From: Ancylonema sp.
Taxonomy: Eukaryota
NCBI GenBank assembly: GCA_050230475.1
Contig: JBFLGF010000144.1
Location: 1 to 59,310, forward strand
DNA: 59,310 bases
Reading direction: 5' to 3'
The translations under genes were made by a program, and so were the position numbers. Shown in pieces: positions 12,276 through 25,300 of the stretch (position 1 is its first letter; every line of letters begins with the position of its first letter). The notes under the pieces are model-generated. The model was not told where the DNA came from. It saw nothing but the letters and a program-made list of their open reading frames with translations, and made no database searches.

Positions 12276-14449
12276 AATGAAAAACGAAAAGGTCGAGTGC
12301 ATTTTCTAATATGATAATTTTCATACAAGAATATTGTATATACATGATGTATATACACATACATGAACATATTTAACATGTTGTGCATATCGTTATTAAA
12401 AATTAAAATAAAAAAAATAAAAAAAAAAGGTTGGTGCTGCAAGGGGGGGCAACATACGTCGGAAGAAAAGTCGTATGTTGCAGCTAAATCTTCCAATCTT
12501 GATGGAGTCCTTGATGGGCGACATTTTGGCAGCATACATGGAATGTTATCGTTCCCCAAGGTAAGCCCAGAACAAGACGTACGATTAGTTTGAAAGTATA
12601 ATTTGTTGATACACTTATTCAGAATTAGGTCGTGATTGGTAGTATTACGGAGAGGTTTGCTTGGCGATGGTGTCAATTAGTTTTTAGCGAGTAGTCAAGA
12701 CGGTTGGACGGCCAAGATGCGTGGTCGTTAACTGTCGTGTGGCAATGTAAAATCTGATTTTGGGGCATTACGATATCGTGCCGTTTTGGATCGTTTGAGC
12801 GCAACTCCTCCAAAATTATCAGCCGTTTAAATCTAACGAGAAACATTGAATGTTAACGGTTTTTACCTTCGATATGTCGATATTTATTTGTTCAACTGCA
12901 CTCCTAATTGCAACGTTCGTCTTCATCGATACTTGCAAATTACTTTGTTTTGTCTATCTCTGTGTTGCAGCCTATACGCCGGCGCTTCTCAATGTTGACC
13001 TCTACCCCTCCGGCGGCAAGACAAAGCTGACCTCTGCGTCTCTGGTAGCAAGATGCACTTGTGCCTGTACGTTGCCAGGAAATTGTTCGAGATACTTCTT
13101 AGTTGCGTTGCTATCGATGCAAGGCAAACTTAGAGGAATTACAATACATGATATACCAGGCAGACAGACTGTGCGAGCAACCATTTAGGATGGTAGAAGT
13201 AATTGATTTTGAGACTTCAGCCATGTCGGCCTTATCTCTTGTGAGAACAAAGATCTTCTAGAATACCCTAGTGAGGGAGATAGTATTGCAGCGCCGCTAT
13301 CCTAGTCAACCCATGGTCTACGTCTAGTCATCCTTATCTTTATTTATTCCCCTCCTTACGTCAACGTCTCTAAACAGGGCTTAGAAAATTTGTATCGGTA
13401 CCCTATCAAATGTATTCCTAAACGATTGTCAATTTCATTGTTGTCGATGTTCCGATCTTGCATTATTCACTCAATTATTAACCCCTAACAATTAATGAAA
13501 ATACTTCCTGCATCATCATGCGTTTACAATTATATTCTAACATTAGTAATATTGGTCGACCGCAGATGTGAAAATAAACATTAGTTTTTTGTCAAGTGTT
13601 CGAGAACAATCAAACTAACCATTTTCAGAGAGCAATTCCGAGTTGTCTAGCTTATCGACGAGTCATACAAACGTAAGTCCCGCATATTGCTTCGTGGTGG
13701 TGAGTCACACATTGAAATAAATATGCGCGCACTGTCGATGACTTTTCAGCAATATTCGACATGCATATTCGACATTCGAACTTGACATATCGGGAAATCG
13801 ACGAAGGTGGGAGTTATTTCTGACACTGGGCACGGTTGATCACTTGAATAAAATATCACTCGAACGACATCGAAAATGAATTGACCAGATACCACAACTG
13901 GTTCTTTACTCAATTTTACAAGTGATACTGGAACCCAAAGCCCCGCATTAAAAACCACAATTGTCTTAAACAAAATTGTGCGAATTGAAAAAGTGTGGAA
14001 CTGGGACCGTCGGACAGTGGGACGGTCGGGACGGGGGAACGGGGGACGGGCGAAAGAACGTCGTTCGAAAGAACGAACTTCGTACGGCTCGATCGCCGGC
14101 CCCAGTCCACCTCAGCGTCAAGTTGGATGACTTCCACCCGGCAGCCGCTGAACACAGTGGGAATGCTTCCAAAATAAACAATTGTGACACGTGTCAGAAT
14201 ATCATTGCAAGTTAAGATTTGTAGGCGTGCGTCCACTTTTGAAACTCTGAATCCCAAAATTTTAGCCATCGTTTTTTACGCGGGAGAGAGAGGTGATGTG
14301 TTGAGGAATTATGCTTTTCTTCGGTTAAGCTTACAAAAGTCTTCAGCAGTCGAGCTGAGCATATTTAGTCAAAGTATAAGTTTTTCCGACTTGGTGACGA
14401 AGAACTCAGAGAAGGATCAAAGCTGGTTTTGTTTCTACCCGGTCTTAAG

Positions 14450-16543
14450 ATGCTCCACAAAATGCACCATGGACAACAATTGCAACGAAGATTAATTCTT
14501 GCTGCTATATGTTTTCAGACATTGACATGTGGAGTATGTTTTTGCTCGGCACCACCAAATCAAAGCGATTTTATGCCATCATTGCTGGAGTCGATTGGTC
14601 CTGCTGCAGATGCAGGTACAGGTTCTGAAAATGGAGATTTGTCATTACTATCTGACATCAACACGCGTCCCATCGACTCGACTTCAGAAAACATTACGGA
14701 TAAGGAGATAAAAATTAGAAGGCCACAGGAGAAGATTTATAGTGTAGCGGAATCTGCCATGGATTTTGAAAGGAAGATTAGAGCAATTTTCCGCAAATTC
14801 TGAACTCCAGAGACGGCTGGGAACTTGCTTCGACTGTCATTTCACGACGCTGGGACGTTTAACCACTCCGCGAAGACTGGCGGTAAGATTGTTTCTTTCT
14901 TTGTGATTTTGTGTTGATGTCTATCGGAGCATTTATCTCCAATGTTTCACAGCCGTACAAGAAAGCATACAACCATGGAAAGAAACACGTCATCGAAAAC
15001 GATGGTGACGATGTCATTGAAGACTGACATTGTTATTATTTTCTACAAACGTAGCTTCGTGAAAACTTACGCGAGATGAAAGTCTGATTTTCTAGTCCGA
15101 TCTCCAGTTCTTGGTGTTGTAACTTAGCCCGTGCTGGTTTGAACATAAATCATATTTCTCCCTTAGCAATTTCCCCCTTCGTTTTAGAGCAACTTCTGAG
15201 CAGCTCGTTCTTTGAACATCCATTTTCATTCATTATGTTCCAAACTACAAGTTTTCAGGCGTAGTGTGTACCAAGTAGTCTGTCTCAGTTCGCATCTTCT
15301 TTTAGCACATGTATGTAACAAATAAGATGGCCTTCAACACCATATATATACACGCAGGTGCAAACGGATCGTTAAGATTCAGTCCAGAGAAGGAACAGGC
15401 TGTGGATGGCGGATTATCTATCGCATGGAATATTGTGAATGAGACAAAAAAGGTAGTGGATGCTACTCTGCAGGTATGAACCCGCGATTACATAAAATCG
15501 TGTCAAAACACAATTTAGATATTCCGTTTCTTTTGTATTGTGTGCTTCTATTCGTGAGTGACAAATAGCTTTTCCTTGGACCACATTCAGCTTCCTTCTC
15601 CTGAAATGTCGCCGAATCTGGAAACATACTGGAAACATTATTATTTCCCACCTGAACTGACCACTGGTATTCAATCAGGTTCCCAGGGTGTTAGCACCGC
15701 CCGGATTTAACGTCAGTTTCGCCGATTTAATCGTTATGGGCGCGGCCGAGGCAGTGGCATTCTCGGGAGGCCCGAATGTCAGAGTTCCGTTGGGCCGCCC
15801 AGATTCTGCGACTCCAGATTCGACGGCTGAACTTCCCAGCGATGCGACACTTGTCGACTCCCAGATCGCGCTCTTCACTGGCAACAACTACACCGTGAGG
15901 GAGCTAGTTACTCTGGAAGGTAAGAAGTGTGACAAGCGCCACTCAATGTAACACGTGTCATCATGTTGTTTAGACGAATGTTTGGTCGAATTCCGAAACG
16001 ACTTTCTTTTTGAAACGTCGGTTTTGATGAGATATGTTGAACCAACCCTTGAACTTCTGATCCAGACATGGAGTTCATTTATGACATTTCGGTTTTCGTA
16101 AGACGCAATTGTGAAGAGTACAATCAGCCACTTTAAGCCACCTCGTTGCTTTGTCAGTGTGTTGCAATTGACATGCCGTACTATCCATCATTTGCAATCC
16201 CTACGGTTTGGTTCCATGCCTTGCCTCAAAGGGATCAGAGACATCTCTCTTCTCCTCTCCCCCCCCCTCCCCCACCCCCCCATAAAATTTAGGCGCCCAC
16301 ACTCTCGGATTTTCCCGAGTTTATGTGAAGCAAGGGGCCATGACGAAGACTCCGACCGTTTTTGACAACGAGTATTACAAAGAAGTTATGTCGGGACACG
16401 GTTTTTTTCCAAGCGACAATTCCCTCAGGAATAATTTGGAAACTAAAAAAATTGTCGAAGAGTACGTAGGAAACCAATCCGCTTTCTTTGAAGCGTGGGG
16501 ACCCGCTTTCATTAAGATGAGCCTAGTGGGAGTGCCTCGGTAG
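14450..16543 (+). CDS. Non-animal heme peroxidase, APX-related (APX-R/APX6-like), with predicted signal peptide and an in-frame TGA at 14801-14803. Exons 14450-14882, 15358-15473, 15679-15919, 16293-16543
   Basis: Distal LLRLSFHDAGT, GGANGSLRF, VSFADLIV, GGPNVRVPLGRPDS, proximal GAHTLG, TPTVFDNEYY, PSD and AFIKMS motifs. Three GT-AG introns keep the frame. Confidence 0.88.
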
Positions 16544-17729
16544 TGAGGTTAGGAATGAAGAAGTTGGCGTTGTGGGGAGCGAGAAGTCGCTTTGCACTTT
16601 GTTTTTGTGTTGGTTTGTACTTCGTCCATTTGAATAGGCGTCGATGAGGAATATTTTGTGTGTACCGAAACTAGGTTCGATGTTTATGTTCCAAGTACCT
16701 CGAAACAAGACGTTCAAAACAGTTCGATTCGTTCAAGTTGCTTTGAATTTAGGTACTTAGTTTGCAACTTTTGAAGCCCGAAAATGTGGTTTTTTTTTGT
16801 TTTTGTTTTTTTTGTTGTAGGAGTTGGATGTCATGGCCGATGCTAGAAAAAATCATAGATGAGGGATACTTGGGAGTGGCTCAAAAATTTGGGAGAGTGA
16901 GTGAATCTCTGGAACTCAAAATGTATACTCCATAACAACGGGGCACACTAAGACTCACGATTAGCATCTTTCTTCTCAATATTTTTTCGACATCGAAATT
17001 TGATTACATAATTTTTTTCAAAAAATAGTCATTGCAATGAGCGCGTGACCATTGTGTTGGTATTTTGGAACGCCCATTTTGTTAGATCTTATCAGTAGCT
17101 TTGCGTTCGGACGAGGAGCTATATTCACAATCTATACAAATTGGATATTTATTTACCATACTCGCCATATATAATGACCCGGAAATAATGATGAAAAGGG
17201 TGGGGTGGGAGGGGTGTTGTGGGCCGGGTCGAATTGAATAATTTATATTTGGGGGGGGCATAAGTTCCGAAATCCGGCATAGTGGGTCAACATCAATAAA
17301 TGGATTTTATTCGTTTTTTTAACATATGTGCTTGGACCCCGGTTGCCCAACATCCAATCTTGGTCCGATAGCGGCTAAATCGGTCGTCACTGGTTTACAC
17401 TTCTCGAAATTTCGTTGTCCAACATTTGGTTATGAACAAGTGAGCTTTGCAATGTGGAGCTGGGTGGGGAAAGCATTCAGAAAAGATGTCGGACTTAAAC
17501 TATGTGGATGGTATTATCTTGTGCGTAACATATAACCATCAAAACACTGTTTGTGATAACGTACAAATTATGAATACCTTTGATGTTAGGGAGTAAAAAA
17601 AAATGTTTATAGTTTTGAACAATTTTTTTTTAGGTGTTTCATTCCCAACTGGATTGTGATCAAAGCTTACCATACAATACTCGTTCATACTTTTTCCGAA
17701 TGAGTACTCATGATACGACATATGCTAGA

Positions 17730-18818
17730 CATAGTTGCACGGACCGGCAATATTGGATTTTCGGACCGCGGTCGGACCGGTCCGGAGTCGGGACCCGGTC
17801 GCACTCTGGATTTTATGGTTTTTTTGCCATACATTTTTTCCGTGGGGAATAAAGACGTGGGGTTCCAATTTTCTTTTGTACCTCACACGTGTGATATACA
17901 TGTGTCATGTGTGGCTTGCGAAGTTGAAGCAAAATCAAACAAATAAATGAAATAAAATAGAATGTTGATATCGAACCGTCCATTGATTGAGATGGTGAAA
18001 TTTAAATATGACAAATTGGTTGAAATTTTGGCATAAAAACTCACCATCCGATAGCATACAATCGACGGGGATGACGATCTTCATAGTTTCTAACCTGATC
18101 TCATTGGCTAGGAGAAAAACTCCACGTGATTGGTCAAGTCAATAAGCCATCGTCAAATTTGAACACGCCATTGTTGGTGTAGAAGTCGTTTCATAGAAGT
18201 ATGGAGTTGTAAGCAAGGATAGATTCAATAAGGTAAGTTTTTTTTTTTTTTTTGAAGTTACTCATTTATTTATGTAGAATATGAAAGTGAGAAGTGAGGA
18301 ATGTATTTGTAAGGTAGAGAAAAGTTTGAATACAAGGTTGTGAGCGTAGAAATCAAATCTATGATGATGTTTGATGTAAATGTTTCTAATTTTATTTACT
18401 TTCATGATTTGGTGCCCCTTCATCACATTTTTTTGAGCCTCACATGAGCATCATTTCAGCATTACAATTTAACCTATGGAAAATGAAAAAATATGGAGTA
18501 CGCATAACCATTCCAAACGACCCAGAGTCCAACTGATATCCTTTGAAAGTGGTAAATAACGCTATACTCTATGATGCATTGCAGGTTTTGATTGCTTATT
18601 TGATATGTCTAGCATTTTTTTGAGAATTTCTAATATGTAAAATGAATTTTTATTCGTGAAAATAAAAGCTTTCGGAGGTTTTTTCTCCACGGAAAACATC
18701 TTTCAACCCCCAAAAACCGATATTACCTCAACAGCCGGTCGATTTTGGGCCCAAAAGGATGGACCCCGGTCCGGAGTCGGGACCTCGGGACTCCGATCCG
18801 GCGGTGCGTGCAACTATG
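17730..18818 (+). mobile_element. Non-autonomous hAT-type DNA transposon (MITE), 1089 bp
   Basis: TIR CATAGTTGCACG...CGTGCAACTATG. Perfect 8-bp TSD ATGCTAGA (17722-17729 and 18819-18826). Colinear along its length with the 51050-52164 copy. Confidence 0.92.
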
Positions 18819-19304
18819 ATGCTAGAGGGCCGAAATTTAGAGCCGACATAATAAGTAATCAGATAAGAAGTGAAGTCTTCAGATAAGTAGTATTTCAGAA
18901 ATACTCGAAATGGCATTCAATTGACCTTGCCATTTGAAGGTCTCAAAAATTGCACGAAAATAAAGAGGAAGTGCAAATGTGAGACATCACCAAGGTTTGT
19001 TGCTACAGACCAAAGCAACATTACTTTCACACCTCACTCTCCACCAACGACTTTCAGTTGTTGTGCATCTAGACTTCCTACCTCAAATTTATCAAATTCT
19101 TTAAATTCCCCAAAGTTCTTAACATGTAACGAAGATGCAAACTGCACCGACGTCCTACGATACGAGTCAGATCCATCGAAACACCCGCTGCTAGGGTGTG
19201 GTTTTGCATATTCCACCGTCAACTTGGCCTCATTGACCGTCACTACTCAGCATTTTATTTTCCCCTCTTCTTCGTATCTTCTTCATTTACACAAAAAACA
19301 AGAC

Positions 19305-22300
19305 TCAAGTGGCGGACACAGAAGCTTGGGTTCCTGCTTTCGTTTTTCGCTTTGTCTTCCGTGGGGGCCGAGAGGATGCGGAGGGCAAGTTGTTGATTTC
19401 TGACGCCTCGCTGTCGGCTGCGGATCCAAAGACTTCCATGTGGGCAATCTGGGGTGTGGGGGGGGAGAGGAAGGAACGTATTCGTCACATAACAAACATG
19501 ATAACAATGAATAACTTAATGTACTCAAAACCATTGAAAAACAACAAAGGGAAAGAGGGGGGTGGTTGGGGGGGTGGAAGGGGGGGGTGGAGGGAAAGAG
19601 AGGGGGTTCCAAATGAACAACAACACACGTTGAGCCTGATTTGCATGCGAGGATTCATGAATTGCTGTTTCAAAACCGTCACCAATAACATAGCAACGAC
19701 AACCCATTATAACAAAACAAAAAAATCCGCCCACAACCCCCCCCCTCCCCCCCGCCTCACCTTCTCCTGCAGTTCCCTTATGTGCGTTTCGTATCTGTGC
19801 GTGTTCTCCACCGCCCTCAGAATGGCGGCCTCCATCCACGCCTTCTCCTCCCTCAACCTCTCCGCCTCCTCCCCCTTCTTCCTCAGCTCCGCGCTCTCCT
19901 TGCGCTGCGCCTCCATCCAGGATGCGTCCACCATCCACTTCTGCTGACGACGGGGCATACCAGGCCAACCCCGGAGGTTGGGGGGGGCCACCCATCCCCC
20001 CCCCCCGCGCCGCATGGGCCCCCCCGCCCCCCCCCCCCTCTCTTTCGCCAGGGGAAGGTCCACCCCCCCCCCCTCCTCGCCCTCCTCGACGGGAAGGGGG
20101 AGGGGGACCATTTCGCGGCTTTCGACGGCCATGGCCATGGCGTTGGCTGAGCTGGAGGAAGATTCCCCCCTGCTTCCCATTCCCCGTTGACTCTGGTTCA
20201 CCAGCTGGCTCGCGATGGCCTCGTAATTGGCGGCATGCGCGCCCCAGGCCGCCAGCGCCTCTGACGCGTGCGCCGGCAGCTCCTCTAGACTCCCCCCCAC
20301 CTCCCTGCTCTGCAGCTGGTCCAGGACGGCCTGGATGGCCGCCTCCTTGGCCTCCTTTTCGCTGTTCAGCGACGCCACGATCGCCATACTGCACTGCTGC
20401 TGCTGCCTCACCCACTCCAGCTCCTCTTTTGTGGCTGTGAGGGTGGAGAGGGCCTGCTGGTGCTGCCGCTCCACGGTCAGAATGTACCCCTCCAGCTCCT
20501 GAAGCTGCGTCTTGTCCATGATGACCTTCATGGGCCCCAGGGCGGGGGCCTGGCGACGTAGCGCGTCCACCATTGCCTCCAGCTCGTCCACGCGGCGGCG
20601 GTAGAGGGGCTCCTTTTCAGCGTCCTGAGGGGGGGGAGGGGAGGGAGACATGTATGTATGTAAGTGCATCCCCTTGTTCATTTGTACATACCAAAGCATG
20701 TATGTTCGTAGGTATGCATGTAAAGTTGTTACAATGTGTATTCCGAAACGGGAGGTGTAAGTGGGCAGCACCTGCGCCCGATCCGCTTCCGCCTCTGTTG
20801 CCATCTCCTGGCGCTCCATAGCCCACCCCCTCTCCCTCTCCCCGAACTCCTTCTCCTGCCTCTGCCACCTGGCGCTCACCTCCCCCCACTCCCTCTCCCT
20901 GTCGTGCCACCTGGCGCTCACCCCCTCCCACTCCCTCCTCTCCCGCTCCTGCCTTTCCTCCATCCCCGCCAGCTGTTCGCGACAGCTGTCCAATAACCCC
21001 ATGAGTTCCCCCTCCCTCTGTTCCCACTTCCCCCTCAACCCCTGCGCCTCCTCCACGGTCCAGCGCAGGGTCTCGAGGTCCACCCTCTCCCCCGCCCACT
21101 CCTCCTCCAACCGCCCCTTCTCCTCCGCAAACCTCCTGGAGGCTTCCTCCCACGCCCCCCTCCTCACCTCCTCCTCCCTCTGCGACGCCTCATCTGCCCG
21201 CACCTCCGACTCCTGACGCGCACCTGCCAGCTCCGCTTGCAGAGCCATGGCCAGATCTTCCAGTTCCTCCGACCTAGCCTTGAGCTGCAGAAAATGCGTC
21301 TGCTGCTGCTGCTGCTGCTGGTGCTCCGTTTCCGTGTTCTCACTCTCCTGACGCACAAGTGCCGCCTCCTCGTTGTGCCAGCTGTCAGACACTGAATGGC
21401 CCTCCTCCCCCCCCCCCCCCACTCCCCCCCCCCCTCCCCCTCCTGCAACCCCTTCCGCCCCCCCTCCCTCCACTCCCGATTGCCTCCACTCCTCCATTTC
21501 CTGCATCGCCTCCTGAATCTTCACCTCCTTAATCGACAGCTCGTCCTCCAGCTCGTCCACCACCCTCTTCAGTTTCGCCAGCTCACCCGCAGCCGCCTCC
21601 GCCCTCCATCTCTCCACCCCCAACTCCCTCTCCTTCTCCCCCACCACCCTCTCAAACTCCTCCCCTGCCGCCCCCCCCTCCGCCCTCGCCCGCTCCAGAT
21701 CCGCACTCAACACCTCCATCCTCCTCTCCGCCTCCACTTCCGCCGCCATTCTCTCCACCTCCTCATCGTTCAGAGCCGAGGAGTCCTCCTCCCTCTCCTC
21801 CTCCAGCCTCTGCAGCGCCTCCCTCGCCCTCCCCAGCTCTCCACGCAGCTCCTCCCTCTCTTCTTCCCACAACGCCCTCCGCCCCCCCTCCTCCTCCCCC
21901 TCTCCCTCCGCCCTGCTCTCCTCCACCCTCTCCAGCTCTGCTCTCAATTTTCGGTTCTCTCCCAATAACGCCATCACCCTCTCCTCCAGCCCACCCAACA
22001 CACCCTCCTTCTCTCCCCCCTCCGTTTCCGCGGACTGGTCCACCTGCCCATCTCCCGAGGAGTCCCCAAACTGACTCCTTCCCCCCCCTTCTCCAGTGCT
22101 CCCCCCCCCCTCCCCCCCCCCCCCCCTCCGCCTCCTGCAGGGCCTCCCTCAGTCGATCCATGCTGCTGCTGGTGCTCCGTTTCCGTGTTCTCACTCTCCT
22201 GACGCACAAGTGCCGCCTCCTCGTTGTGCCAGCTGTCAGACACTGAATGGCCCTCCTCCTCTGCCCCCTCCAGGTCCACCCTCAACCCCTCCTTCTCCTC

Positions 22301-25300
22301 CTTCAGCTCTGACACCCTCTGCTGTTCCTGCATCAGAGCGTCGCTCAACTCCTTGATTTCACTCACATCTTCCTGCAAATGCTTCTCAATCTCCTGAATG
22401 ATTTCTCTCAGCTCCTGCAGATCCTCCTCCTTCGCCTTCAGTTCCTCGCTCTTCTCCCTCTCCCTCGTTTCCAGCCTCCCAATCTCCTCCCGCATGCGTT
22501 CCACTTCTCCTGCTATCCCCCCCAGTCTGGCCTCCATACTCTCCCGCAGCCCCTCCTTCTCCTGCACCAACCTCCTCGCCCCTTCCGCATCCTCCCCTGC
22601 CGCCCTCACTTTCTCTCTCAGCTCCTCTAGCAGACCCTCCTTCTGGGCCACAACGCCCTCCAACTCTGCCACCTGCACTCGTCTGAGCGCACTTTCACCT
22701 TCTCAATATCCTCCTTCCCAGAACTCAGAGACGCCCCCAACCTCTCCACCTCCTTCTCCATCTCCTCGACTTTGCTCTTCCCCTCCTCCACCATCACCTC
22801 TGTGGCCTGCAACTTCTCGGAGGCTTCCTCCAGCGCCTGCTTTTTGCCTGCCACTTCATCTTCCAAGTCCTTCACCCTGCCTTCGAAAGCGGCCACCTGG
22901 AGGTCCTTGCTTTCCTCTCTAGCCGTGAACTCATTCTGGATTGCTTCGAGCTCGGTCACCTGGCCCTCCAGATCTTCCACCTGGCGCTCCCGATCTGCCA
23001 CCTCACCCTCCAGCTCTGTCACCTGACCCCCCAGATCTGCCACCTGACCCTCCAAATCTGCCACTTGGCCCTCTAGATCTCCCACCTGGCGCTCCATCTC
23101 AGTCAGCTCACCCTCCAGCTCTGTCACCTGACCCCCCAGATCTGCCACTTGGCGCTCCCGATCTACCACCTGGCCCACCAGATCTGCCACCTGGCCCTCC
23201 AGATGTGCCACCTGGCGCTCCAGACCTGCCTTTCCCTCCTCCAGTCCTACCTTGGCAGCTTCCGCCTCTTTCAGGCTGTGCTCCAGCTCCGCCACCTGGC
23301 CCTCCAGAACCTTCCTAGAACATTCTGCCGTCTCCATGGCAGTGACATTGTCAGCGAGATCAGCGCTGAGCCGTTCATTGTTCACTTTGAGGTCGCTCAC
23401 TTCCTCTCTGGTATGCTTCACTTGTCGCTTCAAGTCCTCTCGCACACCTCTTTCATGCATGGCGTCCTCTGCACATTTCAAGAAGAGAACACGAAAGGAA
23501 AGAAGAGAACACAAGCCCACATCCCACCCGCAGTGAATCAATCATTTGTGTACAATACTTCGAAGCCACGCCAGAAGAAAAAGTTTTAGAAAGGTTGAAG
23601 TAATTAATATAGAATCAAATATATGGAAAGCATACTTCACTGTCTGACATTTGCAGAGTGAAGCTGCTGTGGACAAGGACACTCGAACCAAACAAAAGCC
23701 CCATCTGCATTGACACTACAATAGAAAGACATCCACGAAATACAGTCAACCATCTCACTATAGGCACCCTTTTAATGGAGAGTGTTGTGACGCCTTAAAA
23801 AAACAGGTGTTCCTTCACAGCTATTACAATATATATATGGGATTTCTGATTTCCGGTCTCAAGTTTTGGTGGCCACCCTATATGGAGGTGTGCCTGGACA
23901 CTTAAGTGCCTACAGAGTATAATGACTTGTATGACAAGAAGGCAAATGAGGCCCAACCCCACCAGTGTGAAAGGCGTCACCTCCTGTATAATCCCATCAG
24001 TACCCAAACCCACAAACCCCAACAAAACATCTAAATTTTATTTGACAACTTCAGCAAACCAAGCTTCAGAGCCTTTTATTCTGCATCTCCATCCCAGATA
24101 AAATGTGTCCCAATCTGCAGCAGCAGCAACACCCTCTGCCCTCCCATCCCCCCCTCCCTTCTCCTTACCCAGCCTCGATCGTTTCTCTGCTTGCAACTTC
24201 TTCACATCCTCGCTCAACACCGTCAACCTCTCCTCCATCTCTCGCATCTTCTCCTCCGCCCTCTCCCCCTCGGCCTCCAGCGTAGCCATGGCTTCCCTTC
24301 TCCTCTCCAACTCCTCCTCCCTGACGCGCAACTCCCCCTGCACTTCCAGCAGCTTCGCAGCCAACCCCTCCCCTTCCAGTACCGCCCCCTTCTTCGCCCC
24401 CATTTCTGCCTCAAGATCCGCCTGCAGGCCCCCGATCTGGGCCTGTAGACTCTCCACTTCCGTGCGTAGACTCTCCCTCTCCTTCCCAGCCCCTTCCAGA
24501 GCCCTACTTTTCGCCACCACCTCCTCCCTGGCCGATTCCAGCTCTCCTTCCAGCCCCTCTACCTTCTCGGAGGCGGCAATCAGCCTTTCCTGCACTGCAA
24601 ACACCTCCTTCTCCTGTTCCTGCACCTTCCTCTCCAACCCCGCCCGTCCCTCCCTGTCCCTGTGCGCCTCCTCCGCCCTCACTTTCTTCTCACTCACCAA
24701 CATCTCCCGCTCCTCCTCCGACCTCCCCAGTTTCTCCTCCAACCCTGCCACCTTCTCTGCGGCTCTCGCTTGCGCTGCATCCATTCTTTCTTCCGCGTCT
24801 TTCACCTTCTTCCGAGCCTCCTCCACCTCCCTCTCCAGCTGCCCCCTTCTCGCTTCCAACTTCACCCTCTCTTCCTCCGCCATCTGCAGCTTCTCGGAAA
24901 CTTCCTTCTCCCTACCCGCACTACTCTCCGCTTCCTTTTGGGCCTCAGCAAGAGCATTCTGTACACTGTCCAGCTGACTCTTCTGGCTCTCAATCTTCTT
25001 CTTCGCCTCATTCGCCCTGAATTTCCACTTCCGAACCTCCTCACTCGCTGCCGCATTCTCCTTCTCCACCCCCTCCTGAACTTTGGACAGCTCTTCTCTT
25101 ACCCTTTCCACCTCCGCTTCCTTCGTCCGTAACCCACCCACCAACTCCTCCTCTCGTTCCTTTGCATGACCCAGATCTTGCTTCACGGACACAAGCTCCC
25201 CCTGCTGCTCCGCCTTCTCCTTCATCAACCCCTCCACCCTCCCCTTCAACCCCTTCAGTTCCTCTTCCATCCCTAGCCTCTTCTCCTTCTCCTTCCTCCT

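Noticed and set aside
11990..12676. Poly-Q, poly-N and poly-L ORFs
   Set aside because: Artefacts of the CAA microsatellite; no splice or homology support.
13990..14052. GGGACGGGGGAACGGGGGACGGG shared with ~39886-39910
   Set aside because: Low-complexity G-rich match with no extended homology.
16544..16720. Possible SECIS (ATGA-GGAATAT...ATGTTCC) for the peroxidase UGA
   Set aside because: It lacks the 3' GA of the non-Watson-Crick quartet and a correctly spaced AAR loop.
22950..23300. Regularly spaced repeats that could suggest a CRISPR array
   Set aside because: They are contiguous in-frame coding units with no unique spacers, in a eukaryotic gene with no cas genes.
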